Below are positions 46,670 through 61,685 of a stretch of DNA of 64,000 nucleotides, piece by piece. Source of the DNA: Octopus vulgaris (taxonomy: Eukaryota); contig OX597817.1 in the NCBI GenBank assembly GCA_951406725.2, positions 173,972,001-174,036,000 on the forward strand, read 5' to 3'. Each line of letters begins with the position of its first letter. Position 1 is the stretch's first letter. Below the pieces are notes generated by a model, which saw nothing but the letters and a program-made list of their open reading frames with translations, made no database searches and was not told the origin of the DNA. Position numbers and translations under genes: made by a program.

Positions 46670-48634
46670 GATCTGGTGAAGTGCTATTCTGTCTATAAAT
46701 GCAAGCATGACAAATTTTCACTTAAAATTTTGTGTGAACTGGCATTGCAAGCAGAGTTGGTACAGAAACAATCTACAACAAATCATTAAAGATCTGCCAA
46801 AGGATTTCTTTGTCTTATTATTTAGATTATATATAAAGCTCTCATTATTTATATGACCACTTTTTTTCACAGTGAGAGATAATGGAAGTTTGAAAAGAGA
46901 GATTCATTAAGTGGAGTCACAAACTAGCAGATAAGGAGAGGAACTGAAATTATTAAAGAGGGACTGAAGTAGGGGGAAAACAGTTTGACATGACACAAAG
47001 TTAATGTATTGTGATAGCATGTTTTAGAATGAAGAGCATTTTAGTTTGTTTGAAGCATTGTCGTACAGAAGTTCAATAACAAGTAATGAAGAGGAGCTTC
47101 TAACAGTGCAGAAAGGGCAGGTTGAGTGACCTTTAATATATTTCAGGCACAAAGGCTCATCACCAGAAGTGAGCAGTTTAGAAATGTAAGTTTATGTAGA
47201 TCCTGCCATTTTGACTGCTGAACAGGAAGTGACCCTGCAAATGTGATAGCAGCAGTTCCTCAAAATTGACTATGCCTGTGGTTGTAGAGGTTATAGTGGA
47301 GGTGGTGGTGGATGACTAGCTGTAGGTTAGCAGCAGTTTTAGTGAAGATAACTATCTACTTTGGTATTGGTGGTAGTGGTACATGTTGTGGCAGAAGTCA
47401 GTGATTATGCTGGTTGTACATGTGGCAGTAGTTGGTGATAATGGTAGCACTTACTGAATGTTTTTTCAATGCCCATTAACTCTCCTTTTCAACTCTGTGT
47501 TTCTGCTCTCCTTTACTGCTTACTCTTTTTCAACTTCCTGTGTTTTTTCTTTGTCCTTTTTCAATATTCTGGAATTTTTCTTCTCTTTTTTTAACTGGAA
47601 ATTTAGTTTTGACTGTTATTTCTCAGAATAAGTTCTATACAAAACTTCTCTGTGAGAGTACTTTGAAAAGTACTTTAAAAAGTTCAACCAAGTATTTTAG
47701 AAATTCTCTTATTTCTATTGTTATGTTCTACAGGGCAGTCAGCTGGCTGAATCATTAGTAATGTTGGACAAAATGCTTAAGGGCAATTTTCTTCTATGGC
47801 TTTTTGTGTTTTTGAGTTGAGATGCTGCTGTGGTCAACTTTGTATACTTACAAGAGTTGGTAAAGTTTTTGTATCAGTCAAGTACTGGGGTCAGTGTAAT
47901 CGACTTACTCCCTCCACTATAAGATTGCTGGACTTGTGCCAAAATTTGAAAGCATTATTATTGTGTTCAATTAGCACTATTTTGATTATCATTGTTTTCA
48001 AGGAATGAATTAACTGTGCTAATTGGTATTTTGCTGTACTGTATTGCAATTAGTCTAGCATTTCTCCAGTTTTGCTTAAGTATACAAACCCATATTGATT
48101 TCTTTTACAGACTTATAGGGAAGAGAATATTAGATTGCGAAGCATTCATTTCACCCCCCCCCAAAAAAAAAAAAATTTGCAGTTCTAGTGACATGGTTTG
48201 CATAGCTGTGTTTACACTTTTAAATCAATGACCCTCTGATTTGAATCAGCATATCCCTAATAAAAATTTTGCTATTAATTTCTGATCTGTACTCAACTGT
48301 TATAAGAACAGTGTCAACGGATTTGTCAGTCTTTTGGAATGTAATTCATGTCTATGGAGTATGGAATCCTATTTAGTATTTCTGTATGTAACAGCATATT
48401 TGTGGCCATTATTGTCTTAATGTCTTCTGTTTCAAGCTTGCATGGGTCAGATGAGGGTACATTTGAGTAGGCTTCTTTCAGTTTCTATCTCCCAGATCCA
48501 CTCACAAGGCTTTGGTTAGCCCAAGGCTATAGTAAAAAACACTTGCCTAAGGTGCTACACAGTGGAATTGAACCTGGTACCATGTGGTTGGGAAGCAAGT
48601 TTCTTACCACACATCCATGCCTGCACCTTTGTAG

Positions 48635-49235
48635 GTACACAAACACAATGGCTCCAGAACCTAGCCCATGCATTCCTCATTGTGTCTCTGGGAAGATATT
48701 CTAACACCTTGATTTTGGCCACCAGTTTAGCCTTGATGTTGCAGGAAGAGCTGTGGAGCTGTAGAAATTCTTTAACAACCACTTCTGACTCTCTCCAAAA
48801 GTACGGCACCGAGCTGAATCTTGCTGTCTCATATAGGGCCTTCCAACAGAAACCCTCTCCAGCAGCTTCACATTGCTGTCTGAATTGATGTTAAGGCTCT
48901 GGTCAGTAGTGTGGGGCAGCGTGATGTCACCTTCATTGAAAACACACCCAAGGACCTTCACAGTTTGCTGGCCATAGATAGATTCAAAGGCTTTGCTGCA
49001 GCTGTCCATGTCATGCTTTACAGCCTTTACTGTGTTCACAAAGTATTGGGCAGCAATCATGATGTCAGCATTATGACACCTGGTGTGAATCATTATGATA
49101 TAGGTAACTTTTTGCCAATATTCAGATGGCTTCCATTCCTTTATGTCAGCTAACTTTTTCTCTGTTATAACTTTAATTTTTATGCTCTCCAATGCCATTG
49201 ACTGCCTACCAATACACCAAGCAGTTCCTGAAAAA
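48635..49235 (-). mobile_element. Tc1/mariner superfamily transposase remnant (maT/DD37D-like)
   Basis: ORF 48701-49327 contains VKVLGCVFNEGDITLPH...GRPYMRQQDSA...SQKWL, matching V.V.G.VS.EG.VMPPH...GRPY.FQQDSAP.H....Q.W; the third catalytic Asp region is deleted. Confidence 0.75.
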
Positions 49236-52200
49236 AGAATACATAGAAAGTCATCAAGTTTAGCCCAAACACCTTGTTTGTGTATGTGTATATATGATCT
49301 GATCTGATATGAAAGTTTTGCTAACATATGCTTTCAGGCCTTGTGAGCTCACCTAGCTTCTGTAAGATCGTAACACATAACCAATGATTGTGATTATTGT
49401 ATCTTAGGTAAGATGAATTCCATGGCTTGCAGCAAGAGTTGTTGATAATACTTAGGCATAAGTGCACAACCTTCTTGGACACTTTTTAATTCAAATGCAT
49501 AGCTCAAGTCTTCTTTTATTCAAATTTTTGTCAGTTTGCTTTTTGCCAGGACAACTTTGTTTACAACCCAATAGCTTCCATAACATACCGAGTTGAAAGC
49601 AATTCTAAGGCTCACAGACAAGGTGACCATCACTCTTCTGAGAGGTGCCTGTGTGTGGAAATTGGCTTAGCACATCTTAGAACATTGCTTTCATTTGATT
49701 ATTTTGATACTAGTATAAGATTAGATATCTGTAAAGAATGTTTATCTGAAGAAATTTACTTTTTATAAATCAAATAAAGCATTCATGCAGTCAGCTAGAA
49801 TATCAGTGAGAATATCTCTAAATAAGTTATTGTACTGTAACTCCTGGCAGTGGATGAGTATCTGACAAGGTAGTTGACCTGCTTAGTTTATGCACAACTC
49901 ATTTCACCTTCCATTCCTCTACAGTAGTAATTTTCAGTATTTTTTTCTTTCACTATAGTTAGCAGTTAAAATTGTTGTTAAAAAAAAAACAAAATTCTAT
50001 ATAGAATCTTAGGAGAAATATGTGGAAAATCTATCTTACAACCTCTAGGCATGGCTATTAGTGTGGGCATAGCTATGTGGTTAAGGAGTTTGCTTTGCTT
50101 CCCAACTACATGATTTCAAGTTCAGTCCCATTTCATGGCCCTGGATCAACTAAAGTCTTACGAGTGGATTTGTTTGATAGAAACTGAAAAGGCTTGATGT
50201 GTATGTCTGCATGTGTGTCCTTGCCTTGACATCACATGATGGTTGGAAACAAGTGTTGTTTCCAATCTTTTGTGAAAAACGTTTGGCCATGGGCAAGTAT
50301 TACCTTGCTTGGAAATAAGTTAAGGGTTGACAACAGGAAGGACATTCAACTGTAGAAAATCTGCTTCAACAAGTTCCATTTTTCCCAAGCAAGCATAGAA
50401 AAATGGCTGTTATGACAATGATGATGATGTTTGGTGAAATGAAATCCACAGCTGGTGAAATAATAAAATAATCTCGGTAGCACAGTGTTTAACCTCTGGA
50501 ATGTTGAGTTCGTAGATCACTTTTAAAGTTTTTAATCAACTATTTCTATGTAGTTGTTCTATTTTACTAATCTTCATCATGAGTTATCAAGTATCAACAT
50601 TATTATGTAGATTTTTTAAAGAGAGTTTTGTAAGTCTTCTAAGAGTTAATGTCTTATAAGGTGTTCTCCGTATTTTTTGATATAATAAAAATAGAATTAA
50701 TTTTAGCAATCTGTTGTGGGGAATTGAACACCAAGAAGGTTTTCCCATTAAACTAATGTCTTTTGTTTCTTGTTTTCAGAGTCCCTCAACAAAGCTTTAG
50801 ACTAGGTGAGACCCTATGAGTTTCTTATGAATACTCAATGACTAAAATTATTATTAAACGTTAAGCACCCTTAAAGCATCCTTGGATGAATTTAGTTACC
50901 TTTTTATTAGTTGTAGCTTATTTTAAAAAATCATTATGATCTGATTGAGAGGTTATTAGTAGGAATGGTATTCATTTATATGAACAATTGCTCTTATCAA
51001 AAAAAAAATATTTTTCCATGCTGACATGGAAAAATTGCCCAGTGGCAATTTATCAAAAACAGTTGCTAAGAACAAAAAAAAAAAAAGAAAGCAAAACAAG
51101 ACAAAAAAACAATTGACCCAAGTAACTGTTGCTTAGTCTAACAGTTAATTGAAACAAATATTCAGAAAAAAGTAAATTGGTTAAAGGAAGAAAGTTATAT
51201 TATGCTTTATTAAATTTTGTTTTAATAAAAAATGTGTGTGAAAAAGCAGTTTGTGTGTCTTAATGTGGATATACTAATAGAATTGTACAATATTGTGATA
51301 TTTGTTAGGAGAAGGCATCTCATATGGATGTTTAGTGTTTTAAAAAACCCCCACAGAAGTATCAGTAGCATATGAAAAATGTCCAGCAATGGTGATGGAA
51401 CTGCGATTTCTGTGTTGGAGCAGGTATCAACTATTACTCATGCTCAGACAAATTTCCCCCAGAAAAGCAGTGATTAATCAGTTACTGGTGTTACAAATAG
51501 CTGTGTCTTATTTAGTATCTGCTGTCTGATAAACCATTAAACATTGTGTTAAATGTTCCTTTATGGCCTTTTATCATCGTTGGTTCAAAATCTGTGGCTA
51601 TTAAATCAGTGTTTGAAAATGGTGTTAATGCTTTTACTACATGAACAGTTCAACAGTGATATATATATGTAATGCCAGTGCTGCCTTGACTGGCTTCCGT
51701 GCTGGTGGCATGTAAAAAGCACCTTCCGAACGGGGCCGATGCCAGCGCCGCCTTGACTGGCTTCCGTGCCGGTGGTATGTAAAAAGCACCAATCCGATCG
51801 TGGCCGTTGCCAGCCTCGCCTGGCACCTGTGCCGGTGGCACATAAAAAGCACCCACTACACTCACGGAGTGGTTGGCATTAGGAAGGGCATCCAGCTGTA
51901 GAAACACTGCCAGATCAGACTGGAGCCTGGTGCAGCCTCCTGGCTTCCCAGACCCCGGTCGAACTGTCCAACCCATGCTAGCATGGAGAACAGGCGTTAA
52001 ACGATGATGATGATGATGCAAAGTATTATAAATTGCATGTTAGGGGCAATTGAACGTATGCACACTACACTGGATTTTATATTTTAATTTTATAAAATGA
52101 TTTTAATAAAATGTTAAATAGGTTTTATGAAAATGTTTATCACAATTCGATTAAGTGATAATTCAAGCAACTGAATCAAAGTATGTTTTATGTTCTGTCA

Positions 52201-52934
52201 GTTGTTTTCAGTCAATTCTATTCCAATCAGCTATTTACTTTGAAATATAGGTAAATCAGAGAAACCAAAGATCAATTGTGACCTATCAGTGGTATGGATT
52301 TATAGTCAAACCTGTTATAGTAAAGCTCACTTGAAGTTTCTTTTGTCTTACTACTTATTACACTTCATTTCAATAGATGTAGTTTTCAAGTTACTTATTC
52401 ACAATCACATGCAAGTATGTGTGTATAAGTATAGATGTGTGTGTGTTTGTGTGTTTTTTGCAATGATTTGATAAGCAGTATTGAGTTTTAAAATTCTGTA
52501 AATAATAATAATAATAATAATATATATGTATATGTATATATAGGTTGGATTTAAGCTCAAAGTTTTTGTATCAGGCATAGTTTTAATGATGTATTGGATT
52601 GACAGACATATTTTAGGTGACATAATTTGATAGGATTTTGCCAGTCAGTGTTCAGGATGCTTTATAAATATCTAGATGAAACTTCATGTGTTGGGGACTT
52701 TAAATTTGCATTGTGGAAGTGTCATGATAACCATCTACAACACATAACCTATTCACTTTTGTCTTATTTTGTAGCTGTTTTAGGGAAATATGTGCATGAC
52801 CAAATCCTACGTAGATGTACAATATTTTTGGACATGTTATTCATCATCATCATCATCATCATTTATTATTCATTTTTGTTGAACAAGATAGTGTTTTTAG
52901 TGTGTTATTGTAGTGCTCTGGGCTTTTGCACATA

Positions 52935-53660
52935 ATGTCTGGGTGTTTGGAGATGGGTTTTCATGTAATGACAGGAATTGTGGTGGTGGTGGGGGTTGTG
53001 GCTTGTTGTGATAATAGTCTCCTGGTAAAATCTTTGATTTGTTGTGTTGATCTGTGCACAATCTCTGAATCCATTCTATACTTTTTTGTGATCTTTGAAG
53101 TTTAATGTATTTCGTTTTTAAGAGATTAGAAGGCCAGGAATAACTCCTAGCACAGTTCACAAGGGAACTGGTATATTATTTGTACACCATTATTGTTGTT
53201 TTGTTCTGTTGATTGAATGTGGTGACTACAGTTGTTTGCTTGAAGTATGTTTATATTGTTTTGTTTTCTTTACTATGTCTTCCATATGTATTGTGAACGT
53301 TGTATAGGAGTTGCCTGTAACTTTTAGTATTTATAACTTCTGTGTATTTACAGTATGTTTATGTTGTGGAGTGGGTTATATTTGGTAATATCTGATGTAT
53401 TCTGGTGTTGTTGGTTGGAGAGACAGTGGATTTTCAAAGTGCTATTTTAATTATGATATTGTGGCTTCTAGGATTCCTGGGGATTTATGCAGTTGTGCAG
53501 TAGTGCCTGGAGAGAAGTGTTAGGGTTTCATAGTTTTGATACGAGTAGTTGTAGATAGGTCAGTGAGTGCTGTGATTCCTTCAGGCCCTTTGTTATTTTT
53601 GGTATATGCTTGTAATTTTGTCTGGCCTTGAGGCTTTAAGTTTTTAGATTCCCTCTTTTT
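52935..53660 (-). mobile_element. Possible decayed Penelope-like GIY-YIG region
   Basis: Minus-strand fragments SQYIWKT (about 53275-53300) and IEWIQRLCT (about 53050-53080) resemble YIG.T and E..WI..L.T; strongly strand-biased composition. Confidence 0.35.
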
Positions 53661-55519
53661 TGGAGTGTTTGATGGAGGGAAAGGATCTGACCTCTCACAC
53701 TTACCCCACAGTGTCATTCTAATAATAAACAATCACATCATTAAAATCTCAAAGCTACAAGATAAAACACATGGCCTTACCAAATTACTTACTAAACAAA
53801 CACAGCTCTTAAGTCTTTAAGTACTCAGCATGCAAGTTCCTATAGGTGTTAGCAAAAAACATCTTTTTGCTATACATGGTGTAGCAAAAACTATTTTCTT
53901 TAAAAAAAAAAAATCCCTTTAAAATGTTTTACATAAGAAACACTGCTTATAGTGTATTTTCAATGTGTTATCATTCAACCATGATAGTGGTTGAATATAT
54001 TCTTTAGTCCATCATTTTGTCGATTGCAGCAGCTTCCAAGCTTCACCAATTCAGTTCTCAACTAAATTGTGAACTGTTAATAGTTTTAAAGAGGACATCC
54101 CTATTTGGCACAAATAGTTTGAGATTTTGTTTAGTAGAAAAAAAATTACATCAAAATATATCAGATCTCAAGTGGGCAGTAAGGCAGATATTCGTCTTCA
54201 ATTAACATAGATTTTAAAATGTTAAATTAAAAGTATTCCTTTCTTAGGCTGAAATGATAGAAAAATGCATGAGGAATTCAGGATCGTTAGTCGCATTGAA
54301 CAAAACTTAGAAAAACAGTTACGAGGTAAAATGTTATGAAATTTTATGTCAATAAGTAAGAAGTAACACCAAAGCAATAAGAATAAAGAATATATTTCTA
54401 AAATGAATGTTTATATTCTAAGGCAGTGAGCTGGTAGAAACGTTAGCGTACCAGGTGAAATGCTTAGCCGTATTTTGTCTGTTTTTATGTTTTGAGTTCA
54501 AATTTCTCCGAGGTCGACTTTGACGTACAGGTTATTTAATTAATCTTTTTTTTAACATCTGATACTGGTAGAATGTGTCACATAGAACAGGGTTTACTCT
54601 TAACGTTTTTGACAAAAATTCTGTACTTTAGAAGTTATTTCGTCAGAAGTTACAGGGAGACAATGGACAAATTTATGTTTGATAAATGCCAATACACGAA
54701 ACTCTCAGCTTTTGACTTACTCTCTAACTTCTGCTGATGATATATGTACATATTACATATATGTGTAAAAAAATCTCATCACGCAATCGAACCAATGAAA
54801 GAACCTCTACCTGGTCGCTCGACATATTAAAAATAGCAGCCAAAGTATCCCACTACGTAAATCACATGCCCATTCTATGTAATGTCCTAGATTATCCCTA
54901 AAAAGACGGTTTGCTGAAGGCTGGAATGTCTTTGTTGATAGGTTTGCAGTATCAGGGTTGATTTGAGGCTAAATAACAACAACATTATGTAAAATTTCTA
55001 TATTAACACCTGCATGATTTTCACTAAGAAAAAAAAACCTCCCAAAATTTGATTTTTTTGCATGGAATCAACTACCCTGACTTAATATGCTGCAGCTCCC
55101 TTATTTTGGTTCAGAAAAAATTAGGTGGGAGGAGTAATGCCCTAATCCTGGAATCATTGGAATTCTTTTTTTCATTGAATGAATTCCTGCAACCGCCTAA
55201 TATGGCAAAATTAGGTTGCTTAAGGTGAGCCTGGTAACTGATGGTTTTGGGGTCTTGCTGCTTGTGACGTTTGGTGAGCCATAGTACAACCAACATCTGG
55301 TAAAAATCCCTGCCATTAATTTGGTGTCTATGGGTAATATCAAAAAATTCAATCGCAACATATATTTAAATTAAACATGAAAAAAAATTTTAATATTATC
55401 ATCACTTACAATGGAAAAATTGAAATATTATCTTTCAGTATTTTATAAGGTAAAATCTTAAATTATTAATTGACACATTATTAATTATCTTATAACAGCA
55501 ATACCTGGAAAAATCATGG

Positions 55520-56031
55520 ATTACATGGATAAATGTGAGCATGAAAAGTAATATTCTTAAGATTATAAACCTGGAAAAGTACAGGACAAGTTATTACACT
55601 TGTAAAAGTATAGGAGAGCTATTACTTCTAGTAAAGAATAAGAAACTTTTTACTTAAAATGCTACAGCTAAAATTAAAATTTGGATATTGAAACTTATTT
55701 TATTATAGTTTACAAATAACACTATACTTATTTAAGCAGAATTTGGCTAATTTACTACCTTAAATACAGAAAAAAGTGATTCATTAGACAAACTTACAAA
55801 TTAGCTGAACAGTTTTGTACAATAAATTTAAAAGATGAGAACTGTAAAGAGTAATAAATTAGAACTGGCATTCTTTGCTGCAATATTTTAAGTAAAAAGT
55901 TTCTTATTCTTTACTTTACTTGAAGTAATAGTTTGTCGTATATTTTTACAGGTGTAATAACTTGTTCTGTACTTTTCCAGGTTTATAATCTGAAGAATAT
56001 TACTTTTCATGCTCACATTTTTCTATGTAAT
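55520..56031. repeat. About 150-bp imperfect inverted repeat (55520-55670 and 55875-56031), spacer about 205 bp
   Basis: Left arm AAATGTGAGCATGAAAAGTAATATTCTT.AGATTATAAACCTGGAAAAGTACAG.ACAAGTTATTACAC...AAAGAATAAGAAACTTTTTACTTAAAAT is reverse-complemented on the right. Confidence 0.93.
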
Positions 56032-57989
56032 GACACACACGTGTGTGTGTGTGTGTGTGTGGTAGGTGAGTTCTCTGTTTGTAGACAGTGAAAATATTGT
56101 GTTTGGCATTAAGTATTTGTGTTTCTTTGTTGATGTCAGTGAACTGGATACTGTTTTCATGTTCATCTGTGCTCAAAACCTTCAGACTGTCCCGACTGCA
56201 TCTCAAGAATTACTCACTGTGTCTAACTTTACTTGAATGAGCATTTTTTGTAGTTTATTTTAGAAAGGAATATATATTTATGTATGAGTTGAATTGGTAG
56301 AGGGAGACTATGAGGAAACTAACCATATATATGTGTGTGTGTGTGTGTGTATGTGTGTGTATAGAGAGGTGCAGGCATGTGTGGTAAGAAGCTTGCTTCC
56401 CAACCACATGGTTCTGGTTTCAGTCCCACTGCAAGGCACCACAAATCCTTATAAACACAGTTATGTCCTGTTATTTCCAACTTTAGAGACACCATTTTCA
56501 TCCATAAGGCTGTAGTTTGTTGGAAATTTTGTTGCTACTTCTGTCAGGTCTAGGCTACAATGGTGTTTTATACTTAGACATAGATACATAAGACATAAGG
56601 ATGTGATTTGAGGGTCACTTGACTAGTATTTTTAGCATGTCAAGCTCGTTTATTGATATTTCCCTTGTATACATATGAGACAGTTGGGTGTCTTAAATAG
56701 CGGCAAAATCTACTTCAGATTGCACCTTACTGTATTACGTATGAATCAATGGAAACCTCTATGTTGTAGCTTGACCTGCTAGAAATAGTTGCCAGCTGAC
56801 CCTCAAATCACCATTACTGTTTTATTTATATATTTTATCTTTTACTTGTTCATCTTTGGAGAAACATTTCCTTTTAAAATCCACTCCTCATTCTCAATAT
56901 CATCTGTTCCCATTTTATTTTCCACTGATTCTTCTTCTTCTGTGTCTCCAGTAACTTCTCTCCTTCTCCCTTCGTCCACATCTTATGGCTGTCATACTTC
57001 ATCTTTAACACCTCTTATCTGTTATCAATCTCAACACTCTCTTATATCTTACCATGGATGGCCTTCCCCTACTCATTGTACCCCTGACATTGCATCTCTG
57101 CCATTGCTCATCATCTTGTTTTCTTACCTATCTACAGGTTCATTAAACTGCTGCTCTCCACCCTTCCTCTTTTGCCACTCATCACCTTCACCTTCCTCTT
57201 TTGCCACTTCTGCTTCTTTCACACACTCCTCTCCTACCATCAGCTGCACCTCCACCCTTGTTCCATTCACTATGTTCACCTCCTTTCTCTCTTCTGTCTG
57301 CCACTCTCCTTTCACACTCTAATAAACTTATCTCTCTGTCTGTCTCACTAGAGCAAGAGAGAGATAGAGAGAGAGTGTGTATTAGATATGTCTTTTTCTT
57401 CCTTCATTTCCAACACTGCTCTCACCTAGCTACTCATACTCAGCTTTTTTATCTCATTTTTCTTTGATGGCTCTATTTCCAGCATTTTCTGTCTACTTCT
57501 CTCTCTCAGCAATATTTTGTTCATCCATTAAAACATTCGCATTTTTGTTCTTTCCACCCTTCTCTGCTGCTCTACACTTGTTTATGCATGTTTCCTCACC
57601 ACCACCACCACCACCACCACCGCAAATCATGCCATTTCTCATGCTTAGATCTTTCCCTCCAGTTTCATTGATACTTTCTTCATACACCACTTAGTTCCCA
57701 GAACTCTGCATCTCTCACTCTTGCTTCTGTCACTGAGTCCAGTTTATCAGCTCCTTTCAACATGTTCCCTCAAGTAGATGTTTTCACTCCTTCCACCTTC
57801 ATCATCCCCAAGGTCCACTTTGACATTCTCTGGCTATAGCTCCCTCTTTACACTGGAATGTAGCTGTCACATTCATTAATAATCTACTCACAACATTTTT
57901 TGATGAACCCACCCAACACACAGTCTACATTAACTCTTTAGCATTCAGATTCCCCTGTCAGATGTTATGTTTATTTATTTATTCGCATT

Positions 57990-58210
57990 CTCTTTTACTC
58001 TTTTACTTGTTTCTGTCATTTGACTGCGGCCATGCTGGAGCACTGCCTTTAGTCGAGCAAATCGACCCCAGGACTTATTCTTTGTAAGCCTAGTACTTAT
58101 TCTATCGGTCTCTTTTGCCGAACCACTAAGTTATGGGGACGTAAACACACCAGCATCGGTTGTCAGGCGATGTTGGGGGGGACAAACACAGACACTCAAA
58201 CACACACACA

Positions 58211-58248
<38 letters not shown>

Positions 58249-58415
58249 CATATGACAGGCTTCTTTCAGTTTCCGTCTACCAAATCCACTCACAAGGCTT
58301 TGGTTGGCCTGAGGCTATAGTAGAAGACACTGGCCCAAAGTGCCATGCAGTGGGACTGAACCCGGAACCATGCTGTTGGTAAGCAAGCTACTTACCACAC
58401 AGCCACTCTTGCACC
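57990..58415 (-). mobile_element. SINE family A, full length and young, inserted in a family B MITE
   Basis: Complete head to tail with CpGs largely intact; MITE halves at about 57930-57989 and 58416-58590. Confidence 0.88.
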
Positions 58416-59659
58416 TATATTATGTATTAATCATTGAATTACTTTGTAACTTTGAGATTTCAATGAGGTGATTGCTTATTTTTAGAATGATTTCAGGATA
58501 GGTGTGATAGGTCATATCTGGCTAGTTTGAACATAAAACAGGTAAAATATTTTGGGCCAGATATGGCTGGTGGTAAATGTTGAAGGGTAAAATGAAGTTC
58601 ACTTGAATACATTTACTGCACGTGGCCAATTCCTTGTTCTTTCCATCTGAATATGTTTTACCACTTACTCTCACCTTCAACCTATAGAGAAAGGAAACAG
58701 CTTATAGCCACTTATCAGAAAGCCTGTCAGTAACAGGCACCAATTTAACTCATTAGTATATTAGTACATTCTCTGGTAGCACATGTAAAATATAACTAAA
58801 GTGCTGAGACAGTATGTATATGCATGTGGATAAACTGTAAACATGTTCACATGCATACATTTGATAAACATATATTAAACCTATCTGTGTCAATATACCT
58901 TGTGGTTTGACACTAAATATTTTTTCTATGGGATACATCTGAGAAAGGCTTGATTAGTTTTGACTGGCTGCTGTCTTATCAGAAGTGTCTATTCATTTTT
59001 CTCAAAGAGAGAGGAGGGGCCTTGGGCTACGGATAAGAAATACTATGAGTAACAGGTGCTGAATGAGTGTGTGTACATATGAGGATTTGTATGTGTGTTT
59101 ACATATGTATGTACTCACGTAGTTGAATGGTTGTGAAATGTGCTTTGTAATCTTCAGATCACAGGTTGAATTTTGAGACACCTTGGGCAAATGCTTTCTC
59201 TCATTATTGAGGACAACCCAGGCCATTTATATGAAATTGAGTAAATGGAAATTGTATAGAAGCCCTGCAGATAGGACACTGTCTGTAATCCAAAACATTA
59301 GCTTTGTTATAGATTGCTGTGTTGTCATCTCCTCTGAAAAGTTCCGTGTCCTTTTGGTAAATCATGCAATGATTCTAATTCAGCTCCAGGTTGAATCCTA
59401 TTGAAAAGAGTTACAGCTGATTACTGAATAATTTCTGTAGAACATGCTCAAAAAAAAAAAAATGGGGATGGTTTATTCAACAAGGACCTTGAAACTCACA
59501 AATACTTTGAGTATAGTCATTCTTTAAATATAACTTTAATCCACTTGATGTCATCCGAATAGGATTTGGACATATTTCTGATGTACTAATGTCACAGTAG
59601 TGATGCTTATTCTAGCTATAGTTGTCTGTTGGTTGGTCTGTCTGTCTTTCTATGTGTAT

Positions 59660-59692
<33 letters not shown>

Positions 59693-59974
59693 TATAAATA
59701 AATGGCGGTGCCCCAGCATGGCCACAGCTCATAAGCTGAAACTAGAATCAATCAATCAATCATATATACACACACACACACATACATGTATGTAAGTATA
59801 TATATATATATATATGTACCTATATATATATATCATCATCATCATCGTTTAACGTCCGTTCTCCATGCTAGCATGGGTTGGACGGTTCGACTGGGGATCT
59901 GGGAAGCCAGAAGGCTGCACCAGGCTCCAGTCTTATCTGGCAATGTTTCTACAGCTGGATGCCCTTCCTAACGC

Positions 59975-60026
<52 letters not shown>

Positions 60027-61392
60027 CTATATTTATCCTAACTATATTTATCCTCATTCTGCTTATTTCTGAGCCTCTACCCCAACACTTGCACATGAAG
60101 TATTTGAATTGGCCTCACCACTATCATAATAGAAATAATTAGGACAAGGATGAAAAATGTATTTTTAGCTTGGAAATTTAAAGCAAAAATACCCAAGCGC
60201 TTCAATAATAGCACACAAAAGAATAATAATTGGTCCACAAAAGTGTATTGAATAGTAAAAATGCAAAACCAAATTCCTTTTCTAAACGTGGTCTCTGATT
60301 TAATTTATCTTTAACCAATGTAGCTTACATTTGAAGTTTATTATTATGGGGGGGGGGCTAGATGTCAACCAGGTTAAATTTTAATTTCTGCAGGCTTTAA
60401 CCTAACATTAATAGAAAAATCCTTAGGGAAGTCTCCTGATAAATATAGTGCTTTTATCTTTATCTGCTTAGTAATGGCTACTTTTTAAATGTAAGCACTA
60501 AATCACCTGATTATGATGGAATTTTAAATTTTTCTGTTCTTCTTTAAAGATGACAAACAACATGCATTATTTCACTTAATATTAAAAAAATCTCTGACGG
60601 TTATCCATATATAAATGGAGTTAGTGAATATTGACACGCACGATTGCAAACTGTCAGTTGTAAAGTCCTTACTTAGAAGAATAGATTTTAGATTAAATTT
60701 TATAGGAAGAAATTAATCACAAGACAAACACTAGCCAATAGCAAATATACAACTTCACTGTTATTCTGTGGGATTAGAAGGCCAGTGGCCTAACTCAAGA
60801 ATATCACCAGAAGAGGATTGGAGATGAATGCTGATCAAAATGTCAACATGACATCTAAGATGAGGAAATATCTTGAAAAAACAGGCATAACTATAAACTT
60901 GTATCAGATAAAAAAAAAAAGCTCATGAGATGCTAGTGTAATAAGAAAATATATCACAGAAGTATATGTGGAAAATGTTAATAAATAAGATACATGTATA
61001 TTATGGAGACTTTACAGGTTTATATGGGAATCAAAAGATGCTTATAAAATTGCTATAAAAAGATTGTCGTAAGGGATTAAGCTTCTCTGTGCTCACACCA
61101 AAACAGTACTATTTAAAATAAACAAATTGCATCAAATGTAAGATAGTTTGATAGCAAATATAAGAATAATTTAGTAGGTTCAACTGTACAAGAAATGCAG
61201 AAGAAAATTAAGCTCAAGCAACACAGTAACCTGTAAAATCATGTACGACAGGATCTAAATGCATCCTGGTTATAGAATCGGTAAACAACTGCAACATTGT
61301 CATCATTCAGATTATTTTCTCGAACGTATTGCTTATTTATTCATTATTTTGAATTAATTATGCATTATCTCATAGCTTTGAGATCTTGATGC

Positions 61393-61477
61393 TTCTCTTT
61401 TACTTCTTTACTTGTTTCAGTCATTTGACTGCAGCCATGCTGGAGCACCGCCTTTAGTCAAGTGATGTTGGGGGGGA

Positions 61478-61515
<38 letters not shown>

Positions 61516-61685
61516 TATATACGATGGGCTTCTTTCAGTTTCTGTCTAGCAAATCCACTCACAAGACTTTGGTCAGCCCAAGGATATAATAGAAGGCACT
61601 TGCCTAAGGTGCTGCGCAGTGGGAATGAACCCGGAACCATGTGGTTGGTAAGTAAGCTACTTACCACATAGACACTCCTGCACCT
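61393..61685 (-). mobile_element. SINE family A (internally deleted) inserted in a family B MITE
   Basis: Family A head and tail; MITE halves at about 61300-61392 and 61686-61810. Confidence 0.8.

Noticed and set aside
48701-49327. Longest ORF (208 aa) as a functional gene
   Set aside because: Deleted and partly out-of-frame transposase remnant lacking the third catalytic motif.
50780-50805. Acceptor/donor-bounded micro-exon candidate in HSF intron 1
   Set aside because: No similarity to HSF exon 2 and no independent support.
56789-57694. Ser/Pro/Leu-rich ORFs up to 177 aa
   Set aside because: Products of a pyrimidine-rich low-complexity tract; no domain motif or supported splice structure.
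60560-61290. A-rich strand-biased stretch resembling a decayed non-LTR ORF
   Set aside because: No diagnostic motif could be read with confidence; needs tblastn.
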